Shown piece after piece: positions 8,458-17,327 of a DNA stretch of 35,448 nucleotides. Each line of letters begins with the position of its first letter. Position 1 is the first letter of the stretch. Both the position numbers and the translations under genes were made by a program. This stretch comes from Oligoflexus sp. (GTDB taxonomy: Bacteria > Bdellovibrionota_B > Oligoflexia > Oligoflexales > Oligoflexaceae): NCBI GenBank assembly GCA_041736305.1, contig JBGSTX010000164.1, positions 1 through 35,448 of the forward strand, given 5' to 3'. Below the pieces are notes generated by a model. The model saw only the letters and a program-made list of their open reading frames with translations. It was not told the DNA's origin and made no database searches.

Positions 8458-10887
8458 ATGGTCTCATCAGATGCTGCCCATAATTCGGTGCCCGCGACGC
8501 GCGCATCAGTGCTCGAGGCTCAACGCCTCAGCGTGCCTTCCTGGCCTTTGCAAAGCTCGGTTGCCGTCAATCCCTTCTGGAACTTGCGGGACCGTGACTT
8601 CACAGCTGTCATGACAGATCTGGCCCCTCTGCTTCACCGTCGTCTCTATATGCCTCTCGCTTACTATCTGGAACGCTATAGCCGCGGTTACATCAGCGAG
8701 GATGCGTTGGCGAGCGCCTTGGAGGCTGCTCAGAAGCGCCTGCCGACAGCTCCCGAGACGCTCGATGAGCTGATATGGAACTCGTCGAGCGATCGTGGTC
8801 TTCGCAAAGAAATACTGAGTTTTGCCGAATATCATGCGCAGAAAACAGGTGACTCGCTCCTCGCGCCACTGGTAATCGATGAGCTTTCCAAGTATGCCTC
8901 TGCCTACCTCGACCAGAACCAAGCGGTCGCCAAGTTCCCTTGGCAGTCTCAAGGTTTTTGGGAAGCCTGGTTGGCAGCACAAGGCTGCGATGATTCGATG
9001 GATGCAGCTGGTTTTAAGGGTTTTCAGGCCGCTGTAAGAGCTTTCCACTCTCTCACGGCTGAAGAGTTTATCGAGTTGGCGTTGAGCAAGTTCGCCTTCA
9101 AGTCGAGTCGAGACGAGACGCTTTATCTCTCGCGCCTGCTCGCGCTCCACCTCGGCTGGTCGACCCAGTTCAGTCTCGCCGCGTGGCCGACCACCCAAGA
9201 TAAGTCTAAGGCTGCTCGTCTTCTTGATTTTCTCGCCGTATGCCTCGCCTACGACTACGTTCTCGCCACGCTTGTGGCAGCTGATGAGTCCGAGGGAACT
9301 CTGGTCTGGAAGCGGAGTTTCGCAGCTATCAAATCGAGTCAGAGTTCGCGCGTGCACGAGTTCGAACTGCATCAGATCTGGCAGTACGCTCTGGAGCTTA
9401 GCTACCAACGCAGCGTGGCTTCATTGCTGGACCGACCGCTGCCTCCTCTGCATCCGCCTCGCTATCAGGTCGTGACCTGCATCGATGTGCGCTCGGAGCC
9501 TCTGCGCCGCGCCCTTGAGAAAAGATCCGAACAACTCAGCACCATCGGTTTTGCAGGCTTTTTTGGTCTGCCTTTCGCCTATCAAAAAATCGGTGACAAA
9601 ATCTCGCAAGGCCGTTTGCCTGTCCTGCTGTCGGCTGCTTTTACGGTGAACGAGAGAGCCAAGACATCTCACGGGAAGGCAGTGAAGTCGAAGAGTTTCA
9701 GTCAGGCCTTTTATAAGAATTTTAGGAAAGGGCCGCTCTCTTCTTTTCTATACGTCGAACTCTTTGGGCTCTTGGCCCTAGGGCGCTTAATTCGGAGAGT
9801 TGGACAGGCGGCTCTATCTCCTTTCACTCTGCGTGGCATGCCGCGGAGATTTGATGACCGCGATAGGGAGCCTGCAGTCGAGTCCAATTTGAATGGAGAA
9901 GAGCTTGCGGTCTACGCCGATCGTTTGGCCGGCGTGCTTCGGCACATGGGGCTGACGCGGGATTTTGCATCTCTCATCCTGATTACGGGCCATGGGAGTG
10001 CAACGGAGAATAACGCTTTTGCGTCGGCTCTCGATTGCGGTGCCTGCGGTGGGCATGCGGGCGATATCAATGCGCGCTTCCTCTGCAGCATGCTCAATCT
10101 GCCAGCGATACGTTCGGCACTCAAAAGTCGGGATATTGAGATTCCCGAATCCAGCTACTTCGTGCCAGCGATTCATGAAACCGTGACGGACACTATTTTT
10201 ATACTCGATAGGGATAAGATTCCAGCCGGCTGGAAGGCAGCGGTCGAAGAGCTGCAAAGCTTTATCGAGCGAGCCAGCCGCTCCGCGCAGAAGGAAAGGC
10301 AGAAAGCCCATTCGGTCTTTCTCGACAAGTCTGCCGAGCGCCGCAGCAAAAATTGGTCGGAGTTGCGGCCTGAATGGGGCCTCGCTGGCAACGCCTGTTT
10401 TATCGTAGCACCGCGGCAGTGGACCAGAGGTCTCAACTTTGCCGGCCGCTCTTTTCTGCACGATTACTGCTGGCAGGACGATAAGGAATTTAAGACTCTC
10501 GAGCTGATCCTGACCGCGCCGATGGTAGTGACCAACTGGATCAATCTGCAATATTACGCCTCGACAGTTGCCCCGGATGTTTACGGCTCGGGTAACAAGA
10601 TACTCCATAATCTCGTCAACGAAATGGGAGTTCTCGAAGGCAATGCCGGAGGACTGCGGGTGGGCCTGCCTTGGCAATCCGTTCACGATGGCGCGCAGTT
10701 TGTGCACGAACCTCTGCGCCTTTCGGTATTCATAGCGGCTCCTGAGCAGGCTATTGAAGGTATTGTAGTGCAGCACTCGGTGGTTCGCGAGTTAGTCGAC
10801 AACGGTTGGCTCTATATTCTGCGCATAGACGATGATACACGCCAGGTCACACGTCGGCTCCCCGGGGGCACCTACGAGCTCGTTTAG
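8458..10887 (+). CDS. dabA: DAB inorganic carbon transporter subunit (DUF2309/UPF0753, beta-carbonic-anhydrase-like Zn site)
   Basis: WPL..VAVNPF, CIDVRSE, GFAGFFG, GHGS, DCGACGG, RPEWGLA, NWINLQYY and HEPLRL motifs; AAAGGAAG RBS. Confidence 0.95.
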   Translation: MVSSDAAHNSVPATRASVLEAQRLSVPSWPLQSSVAVNPFWNLRDRDFTAVMTDLAPLLHRRLYMPLAYYLERYSRGYISEDALASALEAAQKRLPTAPETLDELIWNSSSDRGLRKEILSFAEYHAQKTGDSLLAPLVIDELSKYASAYLDQNQAVAKFPWQSQGFWEAWLAAQGCDDSMDAAGFKGFQAAVRAFHSLTAEEFIELALSKFAFKSSRDETLYLSRLLALHLGWSTQFSLAAWPTTQDKSKAARLLDFLAVCLAYDYVLATLVAADESEGTLVWKRSFAAIKSSQSSRVHEFELHQIWQYALELSYQRSVASLLDRPLPPLHPPRYQVVTCIDVRSEPLRRALEKRSEQLSTIGFAGFFGLPFAYQKIGDKISQGRLPVLLSAAFTVNERAKTSHGKAVKSKSFSQAFYKNFRKGPLSSFLYVELFGLLALGRLIRRVGQAALSPFTLRGMPRRFDDRDREPAVESNLNGEELAVYADRLAGVLRHMGLTRDFASLILITGHGSATENNAFASALDCGACGGHAGDINARFLCSMLNLPAIRSALKSRDIEIPESSYFVPAIHETVTDTIFILDRDKIPAGWKAAVEELQSFIERASRSAQKERQKAHSVFLDKSAERRSKNWSELRPEWGLAGNACFIVAPRQWTRGLNFAGRSFLHDYCWQDDKEFKTLELILTAPMVVTNWINLQYYASTVAPDVYGSGNKILHNLVNEMGVLEGNAGGLRVGLPWQSVHDGAQFVHEPLRLSVFIAAPEQAIEGIVVQHSVVRELVDNGWLYILRIDDDTRQVTRRLPGGTYELV

Positions 10888-11006
10888 CCATGGACGACAG
10901 TGACAAATGACTCTAAGCTCTCTCCAGAGAAAGAGGATGTTAAGCAGAAGCTCAGCTTCATGCTTGCAGTTTAGTTCACTCTTGGAGCTTCTGACGGCTA
11001 GGCTCA

Positions 11007-11459
11007 TCATTCAGCCTTTTCGATGCTCTCAGCTACCACGTAAGCCTTCTGATGATAATTCATGATATCTCCGCCCGTGACGATCGCACCAAAAGCCTTA
11101 TTCCAGTCAGTCGTTACCATATCCCTAACGACCCCACGCACCTTTATTGTATCGCCTTCCTGATAGGAGGCAAAGTCAGTCGTCGTCGATACAACCAAGA
11201 CTTCATCGAAACCCCAGAATCCATCTAGATCGATTACCACCGCGTTTTCGCCAAGGACATTTTCGACTTCACCTTTGAACTTAATTCCTTGATCCATGAA
11301 ACGGGATACGTCCTGCTTCCAGCCAATTCCGAGTTCATGATAGACTCTTTCACCTTGAGAATTCGCAGTCGAGGATTGGGCTTTTTGCCCATCTTCCCCC
11401 CTAGTACTTCCTGCGAATCCTAGGATCAATGCGATAATGAATCCATTTTTGGGTAACAT
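11007..11459 (-). CDS. Secreted hypothetical protein (possible OB-fold)
   Basis: Signal peptide; FKGEVENVLG and EGDTIKVRGVV beta-strand pattern; lies 37 nt downstream of the OmpA gene. Confidence 0.65.
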   Translation of the reverse strand: MLPKNGFIIALILGFAGSTRGEDGQKAQSSTANSQGERVYHELGIGWKQDVSRFMDQGIKFKGEVENVLGENAVVIDLDGFWGFDEVLVVSTTTDFASYQEGDTIKVRGVVRDMVTTDWNKAFGAIVTGGDIMNYHQKAYVVAESIEKAE

Positions 11460-11495
11460 AAGGTATTCCTTTTTTTTGCCCCTGCTCCTGCACCA

Positions 11496-12326
11496 TCACC
11501 TGCTACCCACGGCAGCAGGGCTTCCCTCAGAACTGACAAAGGCGTCGACGCGTCTGTTCAGCTGCATTTCAGCAGGGCTTGCCTTTGTAGTGAACTTCAA
11601 TTCGCCTGTACCTTCGATAGTGATGCGGTCCCGGCTAACTCCCATCGCCTGCAGGAGCCCGGCCACTCGCTCGGCCCGCTTTTTAGATAGTTCTTCATTT
11701 TCTTCGGCGCTCCCCCGTCGATCGGCATACCCAGTTAAAACCACCTTAGTCTCAGAATGTGAGTTCAGTGTCTCAGCGAGGCTGGCTACTGCCTCGGTAA
11801 ATTTCCCCCGTATCTGATCAGACCCAGTAGGGAAAAATGCCACAGGAACCTTGAAATTCATGTCCGAATCGATGGTGCGCCCAGCCTGTCTAGTAGAGTC
11901 TAGCCGCTCTGTTAGCGCGACTCTAGCTCTTAAGGCACTAAGCTCGGCGTTCAACTTCGGACGAGAAAGATAAGTCCCAATATTTTCGTCCCAGGCATTG
12001 ACCTGCCGGCTTAGTTCTAGAGCTTGGTTTGCTAGGTTTTTGGCTTCTGCAGCTTTATCCTTGGCCTCCCGAAATACGGCATCGCTCGCCGCGGAATCCA
12101 AATCATCCTCTTCGGCCTTTTCATAGAGTGCAAGAGCTTGTTCAAGCGATTCCTCTGCGCGCTCTATAGTTGAAGGAAGAATTTCACTGACGTCCGCTTC
12201 ATCGGCTCGCTCGATCGCGGAGTTCGCGAGATGGAAATCTTGAGGTGCACCTTCTGGTACGGTTCTACACGATGCTAAAAGAAAAGTATTCCCTAGCAAG
12301 ATGGTCGCTACCGAAGAAAAATGCAT
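11496..12326 (-). CDS. OmpA-family lipoprotein (N-terminal helical DUF4398-like domain plus OmpA_C peptidoglycan-binding domain)
   Basis: Start moved to ATG 12326, which has an AAAGGAGA RBS. Lipobox LASC; GYADRRGS..N..LS..RA and NRRV motifs. Confidence 0.88.
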   Translation of the reverse strand: MHFSSVATILLGNTFLLASCRTVPEGAPQDFHLANSAIERADEADVSEILPSTIERAEESLEQALALYEKAEEDDLDSAASDAVFREAKDKAAEAKNLANQALELSRQVNAWDENIGTYLSRPKLNAELSALRARVALTERLDSTRQAGRTIDSDMNFKVPVAFFPTGSDQIRGKFTEAVASLAETLNSHSETKVVLTGYADRRGSAEENEELSKKRAERVAGLLQAMGVSRDRITIEGTGELKFTTKASPAEMQLNRRVDAFVSSEGSPAAVGSR

Positions 12327-12424
12327 AATGATTCTCCTTTCCTCATGGTGTGAAAGTCTGCATCTCATTGTTTGAGAAAAGACCTAGAACTCTTTCGCAT
12401 AGCGCTGAGTCCTTGTCTTCTTTC

Positions 12425-12441
12425 TGCATAGGCCATGCCGA
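12425..12441 (-). promoter_or_regulatory. Candidate sigma-54 (-24/-12) promoter of the OmpA operon
   Basis: Minus strand TCGGCATGGCCTATGCA fits GG-N10-GC and lies about 100 nt upstream of the ATG. Confidence 0.6.
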
Positions 12442-12620
12442 GGATGGTCTAAGATTCGAATAGATGCCCCTGGTTCAAGCAAAGTTTCGTATCAGAGGTC
12501 TACCTCAAGAAGCCAAGTGATGAGATGATATTTAACCATGAAACATTATACGATGAGCTTGTGCGTAGTGCTTTCTAAAGGCTGGAAAGTTTGGTGCATG
12601 GGGACTGAAGGTTAAAAAAA

Positions 12621-12636
12621 TGTCGAGGATTCGACA
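12621..12636. promoter_or_regulatory. Candidate enhancer-binding-protein upstream activating sequence
   Basis: Perfect dyad TGTCGA-GGAT-TCGACA (TGT-N10-ACA) with A/T-tract flanks, about 180 nt upstream of the sigma-54 site. A degenerate copy lies at 12649-12664. Confidence 0.5.
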
Positions 12637-12756
12637 GTTTTGCAATTGGGTCAAAATTCCGATGTATCACAGAGGCTACCGACACCTGTGGCGATATGAA
12701 GTCACCATAGAAAGGTAAAAACGGCCCAGACTGAAACAGTATGAGCCAATCCTGTT

Positions 12757-15700
12757 TTAAAAAATGGCACTAGTGATTTTAACTTTGGCTCGGCTGTCCA
12801 AGCGAATTGCTGTCAACTCATCTTCATACTGCTGGCATTTACCTTCAGGCGCTAGCCCAGGCTCAACCATAGGGAGGAGTCCGGCCACGGGTGTAAGTAA
12901 AGTCCCCAGTGCTACTGCCGCAGCAATACGTAAAAACATACTTCGCTTATTGACCTTAAAATTGATGTCGCTCAGTCGACCAGTAGATATAACGGGAGTC
13001 TGAAAGCTGCCGATACTAAAATCTTTTGCACGTGCAAAAGCCTGCATGTTTATCATCTCTCGCTTGAGATCGATATAACCGTCCGCTCTGATATTGCTGT
13101 CCCTGGTAGAAATTAAGAAAGTGCGCGTCTTCACGAGCCCGTCTTTTATATCGAATTCGGCTATAGAGCAGTTGAGAGGAGTAGGCGGATGATCTTTAAA
13201 CCAAGAAACGAGTGTTTCTGTTATGTCAAAACCTAGAGCTTCGAGAATAGTCGAGCCAATGTGACCGTCGTCGACGGCCGCACGGAGATTACCGTTGAGA
13301 TTGCTCGCCATTTGCCGGAGACTGTTTCCCCGCGTTTTTAAATCAATAGCACTCTGTAGACGCCCGACAATAATCTCCCGCGGATCGATTTTGCCTTTGG
13401 CAATGGTAGGAATGATTGGAGCAACCACTGAACTCAGACTCAGCTCACTGATTCCGATACGGAGCTTCGTTTCAGCTGCTTTGGGCCGGCTATTGATAGT
13501 GAGATTGCCACCGATCGTACCTCCAGCAAAATGTAAAGCCAAGGGATCAACAGTGAGCAAACCATCGCGGAGCTTGATTCCGACTATCCCTTCGTCAAGC
13601 ATTTCGCCCAACTGCCCTCCCTTATAGTCCCCGAGCTTGAGATTGACATTCGCGTTGACCAGTTGAAGTACCTCAAGAGGAAGAGGATCTTTAGAAAAGA
13701 CATATTTTTCTTCGGGCTTTTCTTCCTCAGCAGGCAGAAGACCAGCAAAATCCTGATAACTTAGTTGAGAAGCCACTAGATCAGCTTTAAAAAAGGGCTT
13801 TTTGTCTTTCAATCTTATTTCACCCTTACCTGAAAGCAAAGACTTACCCAGACTGGCCTTCAGTTGTGAAATCTTTATTTTGTCGCGGCTATAAGTTGCA
13901 CCAAGAGCGATGCTGTACGGAGGAATGTCCATGGGACTTGCTGCTTCATAGCCTAAGGCTTTTAGAAGCGGAGCGAGCTTTTCCCCTTTCGCTGTCATTC
14001 GGAACTGATATGAGTCCTTCGAGGGGCGAAGAGACGCATGGACATCAAGTTTCTGCTGATGAATTAGTAATTTTGCATGTATCGGATAGGCCGCTGCTCG
14101 ATGAAAGCGTCGGATGGAGCCGGCCGTACCATCGAGATAAAAAGGTATTTTTTGGATAGTTCCCCGACCCTCTATATTTATCGGTGCCTTGCGGCTCTGG
14201 GAAGCAATAAGGACGCGTTCTAATTTTAACTGGATAGGATCCCGGTTGGGCTCTTCGTTGCCATCTCCCAGCAGCTTGTTTACATCTTGAAGATCGATAA
14301 AGGCCGAGCCGATCTTAAATTCAAATGAGGACTTTGGGCCGTTCCATGTTAAGTCTGCGCTTCCATGTATATGGCTGCTGCCTAGCCGCGCTTTAAGCTT
14401 AGCCAGAGCGAGCTGCTTCTGATGATAAGAGGCTTCAATCATGAGTTGATAAGAAGGCGTTTTTTGACCTGCGAAACTTGGATCAAGTATCTTAATAAGT
14501 GGCGCCAAATTTTCACCCGAGGCATTCACATCAGCGCGGTAAATGCCTTTTTTGGCCGCGATCTCGGCTTTAATTTGGGCAGTCTCTCCATTGACTACGA
14601 GCTGCACGTCTAGAGGATAGCTTCCCGCTTCATCCTGCAGCTTCTTCATGGATCCTAGTGTACCTAGTAGCTTAAAAGGGAGAGATCCAATAGAGCCCTG
14701 GCCATTCAATTGAATAGCCTGCTCAAAGCCAGGAGCCTTCATTACGAAATTATCGAGCTCTAAATCGAGCTTTCTTGGCTCTTGAGGACTTCCATTTTCT
14801 GTCGGAAGAAGCGCTTCTAGGTCGCGATAGAAAACCTGAGCTGTCGGTACTTCAAGCAAAAAATGTCGCACGTTTTCCTCAAAAATCATCTGGAGATGAG
14901 CAAAAAGATGACTTTTACCTAGCTCGAGCTTCAACTGCTTAACAAGTAAACTTTGCGGCGAATAATCGATATTCGCGTATAGTTTATAGGGATGGGTGAT
15001 GCCTTCAACTGCTTCTAGGCCAAATATCTCAAGATATGGCGCAAGTCTGCTGCCACTGGCTTCGATCTGAACGTGGTGTAGGTTCTTCTCTAAGTTGAGG
15101 TGGCCAATAATTGTTAAAAGCTGATCTTTCAGTGATAACGTGAGTTCGATTGGATAATCGCTTTCAAGGTTTTGAAAATTCGCAAGTGATCCAAGACTTC
15201 CCTGTATGACTAGGGCTGTCCCATCTACTTGTCCCGATCCTTGCATAGACAGCGGCGATTCAATCGATTTTGATCTGACAGTTAAGCGCTCCAGGAAAGC
15301 CTCTAGCTTATTTTTGCTCGCATGTGCTTGGTATGTGACCTTTGAATCGTTTATTGATGCATTTGCCACAAAAGTAGGAGGCAAACCGTCTATCATATTT
15401 TTCCAGTCTAGCTCCTCGTCCTGATCCGTCTTCACGGCAGTTTCTTTTAGAACGATATTCACCTTGTTCAGATAGAGTTCATCTATCATGACCTTCCCTT
15501 TAAAGAGCAAGGGAAGGGTTTGAATTTGAATTTTAATCTTCTGAGCTTCTAGGGTTTGGAGGCTTGAAGCAGAGGATCTTTGCTGCATCTTGATATCCTC
15601 GAAGGCGAGGACCATCTCTGACTGCAGTTTTAATGTCATGCCGTCCAGCTGTTCAACATCCCAATCGCTGAAAACCTCAATAGCGGAAGCAAGAAATTCA

Positions 15701-15852
15701 GTATGCTTGTCCCAATTTATCAAATTTATTGTTGTGATAAGCAGAGCTAGGATAGCGAACGGGGCGAAAATAAGGCCGCAGAATACGCCAATTATCTTCC
15801 TTGTTAATGACACACACCACCTCTTCATGGAGTTATGCTCGAAGAGAAGCAT
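12757..15852 (-). CDS. AsmA-family (YhjG-like) bridge-like lipid transfer protein, extended by internal repeats
   Basis: N-terminal TM then INWD; LGKS.L.G; C-terminal AsmA_2-like segment (LNCSIAEFDIKDG, GYIDLKRE, LGTLLTPVAGLLP); 1031 aa. Alternative start at 15828. Confidence 0.88.
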   Translation of the reverse strand: MLLFEHNSMKRWCVSLTRKIIGVFCGLIFAPFAILALLITTINLINWDKHTEFLASAIEVFSDWDVEQLDGMTLKLQSEMVLAFEDIKMQQRSSASSLQTLEAQKIKIQIQTLPLLFKGKVMIDELYLNKVNIVLKETAVKTDQDEELDWKNMIDGLPPTFVANASINDSKVTYQAHASKNKLEAFLERLTVRSKSIESPLSMQGSGQVDGTALVIQGSLGSLANFQNLESDYPIELTLSLKDQLLTIIGHLNLEKNLHHVQIEASGSRLAPYLEIFGLEAVEGITHPYKLYANIDYSPQSLLVKQLKLELGKSHLFAHLQMIFEENVRHFLLEVPTAQVFYRDLEALLPTENGSPQEPRKLDLELDNFVMKAPGFEQAIQLNGQGSIGSLPFKLLGTLGSMKKLQDEAGSYPLDVQLVVNGETAQIKAEIAAKKGIYRADVNASGENLAPLIKILDPSFAGQKTPSYQLMIEASYHQKQLALAKLKARLGSSHIHGSADLTWNGPKSSFEFKIGSAFIDLQDVNKLLGDGNEEPNRDPIQLKLERVLIASQSRKAPINIEGRGTIQKIPFYLDGTAGSIRRFHRAAAYPIHAKLLIHQQKLDVHASLRPSKDSYQFRMTAKGEKLAPLLKALGYEAASPMDIPPYSIALGATYSRDKIKISQLKASLGKSLLSGKGEIRLKDKKPFFKADLVASQLSYQDFAGLLPAEEEKPEEKYVFSKDPLPLEVLQLVNANVNLKLGDYKGGQLGEMLDEGIVGIKLRDGLLTVDPLALHFAGGTIGGNLTINSRPKAAETKLRIGISELSLSSVVAPIIPTIAKGKIDPREIIVGRLQSAIDLKTRGNSLRQMASNLNGNLRAAVDDGHIGSTILEALGFDITETLVSWFKDHPPTPLNCSIAEFDIKDGLVKTRTFLISTRDSNIRADGYIDLKREMINMQAFARAKDFSIGSFQTPVISTGRLSDINFKVNKRSMFLRIAAAVALGTLLTPVAGLLPMVEPGLAPEGKCQQYEDELTAIRLDSRAKVKITSAIF
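13710..15310 (-). repeat. Three tandem ~179-aa protein-level repeats within the AsmA protein
   Basis: Each unit shows L.L..L, G.G.I, G.LGS, YP[IL], ASG..LAP, PY.[LI] and LK..LG.S.[LI]. Units start near 15310, 14772 and 14236. Confidence 0.8.
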
Positions 15853-15946
15853 TCAGGCGTCCGCTTTAACGAGACAGAAAACCTTTAGCTTGAATTCAAA
15901 CATAGATTAATCCAAGCATAAGGGACTTAGCAGCGCACTGTGCTAG

Positions 15947-15962
15947 TGCAGGAAACGAGCCA
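15947..15962 (-). promoter_or_regulatory. Candidate sigma-54 promoter of the asmA-like gene
   Basis: Minus strand TGGCTCGTTTCCTGCA fits GG-N10-GC, about 95 nt upstream of the ORF. Confidence 0.55.
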
Positions 15963-16050
15963 CGATCTTTGCTTGTCAGAGAGGCGGCTGAATGGCAGTG
16001 AATAACTTCTCATCTAATAGCGCATAGGACAGCTCTTAAACTCATCAAGG

Positions 16051-16066
16051 TGGTCCATATTTTGCA
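16051..16066 (+). promoter_or_regulatory. Candidate sigma-54 promoter of sodC
   Basis: TGGTCCATATTTTGCA fits GG-N10-GC with TTGCA at -12, 50 nt upstream of the ATG. Confidence 0.6.
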
Positions 16067-16115
16067 AAAAGGATTGTTGAAAGTTGCTGGCTAAAGCATT
16101 TAAAGGAAAACAAAT

Positions 16116-16784
16116 ATGACGTCTTATAATAAGCATTCGCTTTTTCTCCGCAGTACAGGATTCTTTCTTATTGCACTCATACCATTATCAGCTCGCGGCC
16201 AAACAGAAAATGCTCCCGCCCCCATACCTCGCTCTGCTGATCCCTCTGCAAAAGAGCTAAGAAAAAATGCGGAGGCAAGAACAGAGCACATGGTCAGCAG
16301 GGAACTAGCAGAGGGGCAAAAATTCGCCGAAACACAGCTCTTGCCAAAAAGTGGATCGAAGGCAGCAGGCACGGTCATCTTTAGTAAAACCAAGAACGGT
16401 ATCCAAGTAGTATCGACCGTCACAGGAGTCAAGCCAGGTAAGCATGGAATCCACATTCACGAAAATGGTGATTGCAGTGCGGCAGACGCCTCATCAGCAG
16501 GCGCACACTTTAACCCAACCCAGGCGCCACATTCGGGACCCAGCGATTTCACCCGACACGTAGGGGACTTGGGTAATATTACAGCCAACAAAGACGGAAG
16601 TGGCATTCTAACCCTGGAGATTCCTGAGATTAAAGGCTTTTTAGACTGGTCTCCAATAATAGGTCGCAGTGTCGTCTTGCATGAAGGTGCAGACGATTTA
16701 AAGACTCAGCCATCCGGTGATTCAGGAGGACGCATTGCCTGCGGCGTGATCAGTGCCATTGAAAATAAAAATGCTGCTCGATGA
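16116..16784 (+). CDS. sodC: Periplasmic Cu/Zn superoxide dismutase
   Basis: Signal peptide; HGIHIHENGDC, GAHFNP, RHVGDLGN, VVLHEGADD and GDSGGRIACG motifs. Confidence 0.95.
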   Translation: MTSYNKHSLFLRSTGFFLIALIPLSARGQTENAPAPIPRSADPSAKELRKNAEARTEHMVSRELAEGQKFAETQLLPKSGSKAAGTVIFSKTKNGIQVVSTVTGVKPGKHGIHIHENGDCSAADASSAGAHFNPTQAPHSGPSDFTRHVGDLGNITANKDGSGILTLEIPEIKGFLDWSPIIGRSVVLHEGADDLKTQPSGDSGGRIACGVISAIENKNAAR

Positions 16785-17063
16785 CGAAGCGCCGTTAAAT
16801 GTTTCAATGTCGAGTTAGCGCACGAGAGAAGATGATTTTCGGACCTGGAAAAGTCGCAGTCCTCAGTGCGCGCTCGCACAGCCGATGGCTCATTTGGGGT
16901 TGAGAGCAGGCGTAAAAACGCATCCGATCATGGGCTAGCTAGCCTGGCCTTTATCACATTTTTCTGGACCACTATGGGTCGAGATTCACTAGAACAACAG
17001 TTCGCGAATCGAGAGTGCAAGCGACGAATACGGAACAAGGAGAGCCTCATGGTAGGAGACACG

Positions 17064-17285
17064 ATGGATTCATCTGATCACGATCGAAATAGCCATAGAG
17101 ATGGAGTTCCTCATGCGCAGGGTGAACGCTGGCTGGAGGACGAAACTCTAGAAGAACTTCGACGCTGTGCTTTTGAGTTAGCTATCCCCGACGTGGACAA
17201 CTTGAGCAGGGATGATCTGATTCATGCTGTCTACAGTGCGCGCCGCTCTCGCGGCAGGCTGGATAGCCATCGTCCCATACGTTAG
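17064..17285 (+). CDS. Small protein with a Rho-N-terminal-like helix-extension-helix domain
   Basis: ATG 17064 with an AGGAGA RBS. TLEELRRCAFELAIPDVDNLSRDDLIHAV resembles the Rho_N pattern T..EL...A..L.I....M.K..LI.A. Confidence 0.6.
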   Translation: MDSSDHDRNSHRDGVPHAQGERWLEDETLEELRRCAFELAIPDVDNLSRDDLIHAVYSARRSRGRLDSHRPIR

Positions 17286-17327
17286 ATCGTTAGACTATCT
17301 GCCGCCTTCCCATGGAGGCTCAATCTG

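Noticed and set aside
8506-10776. Long antisense ORFs (300 aa and 320 aa) opposite dabA, and similar ones at 3148-3918 and 27466-28140
   Set aside because: They lie fully opposite well-supported genes and show no recognisable motifs; they are typical shadow ORFs.
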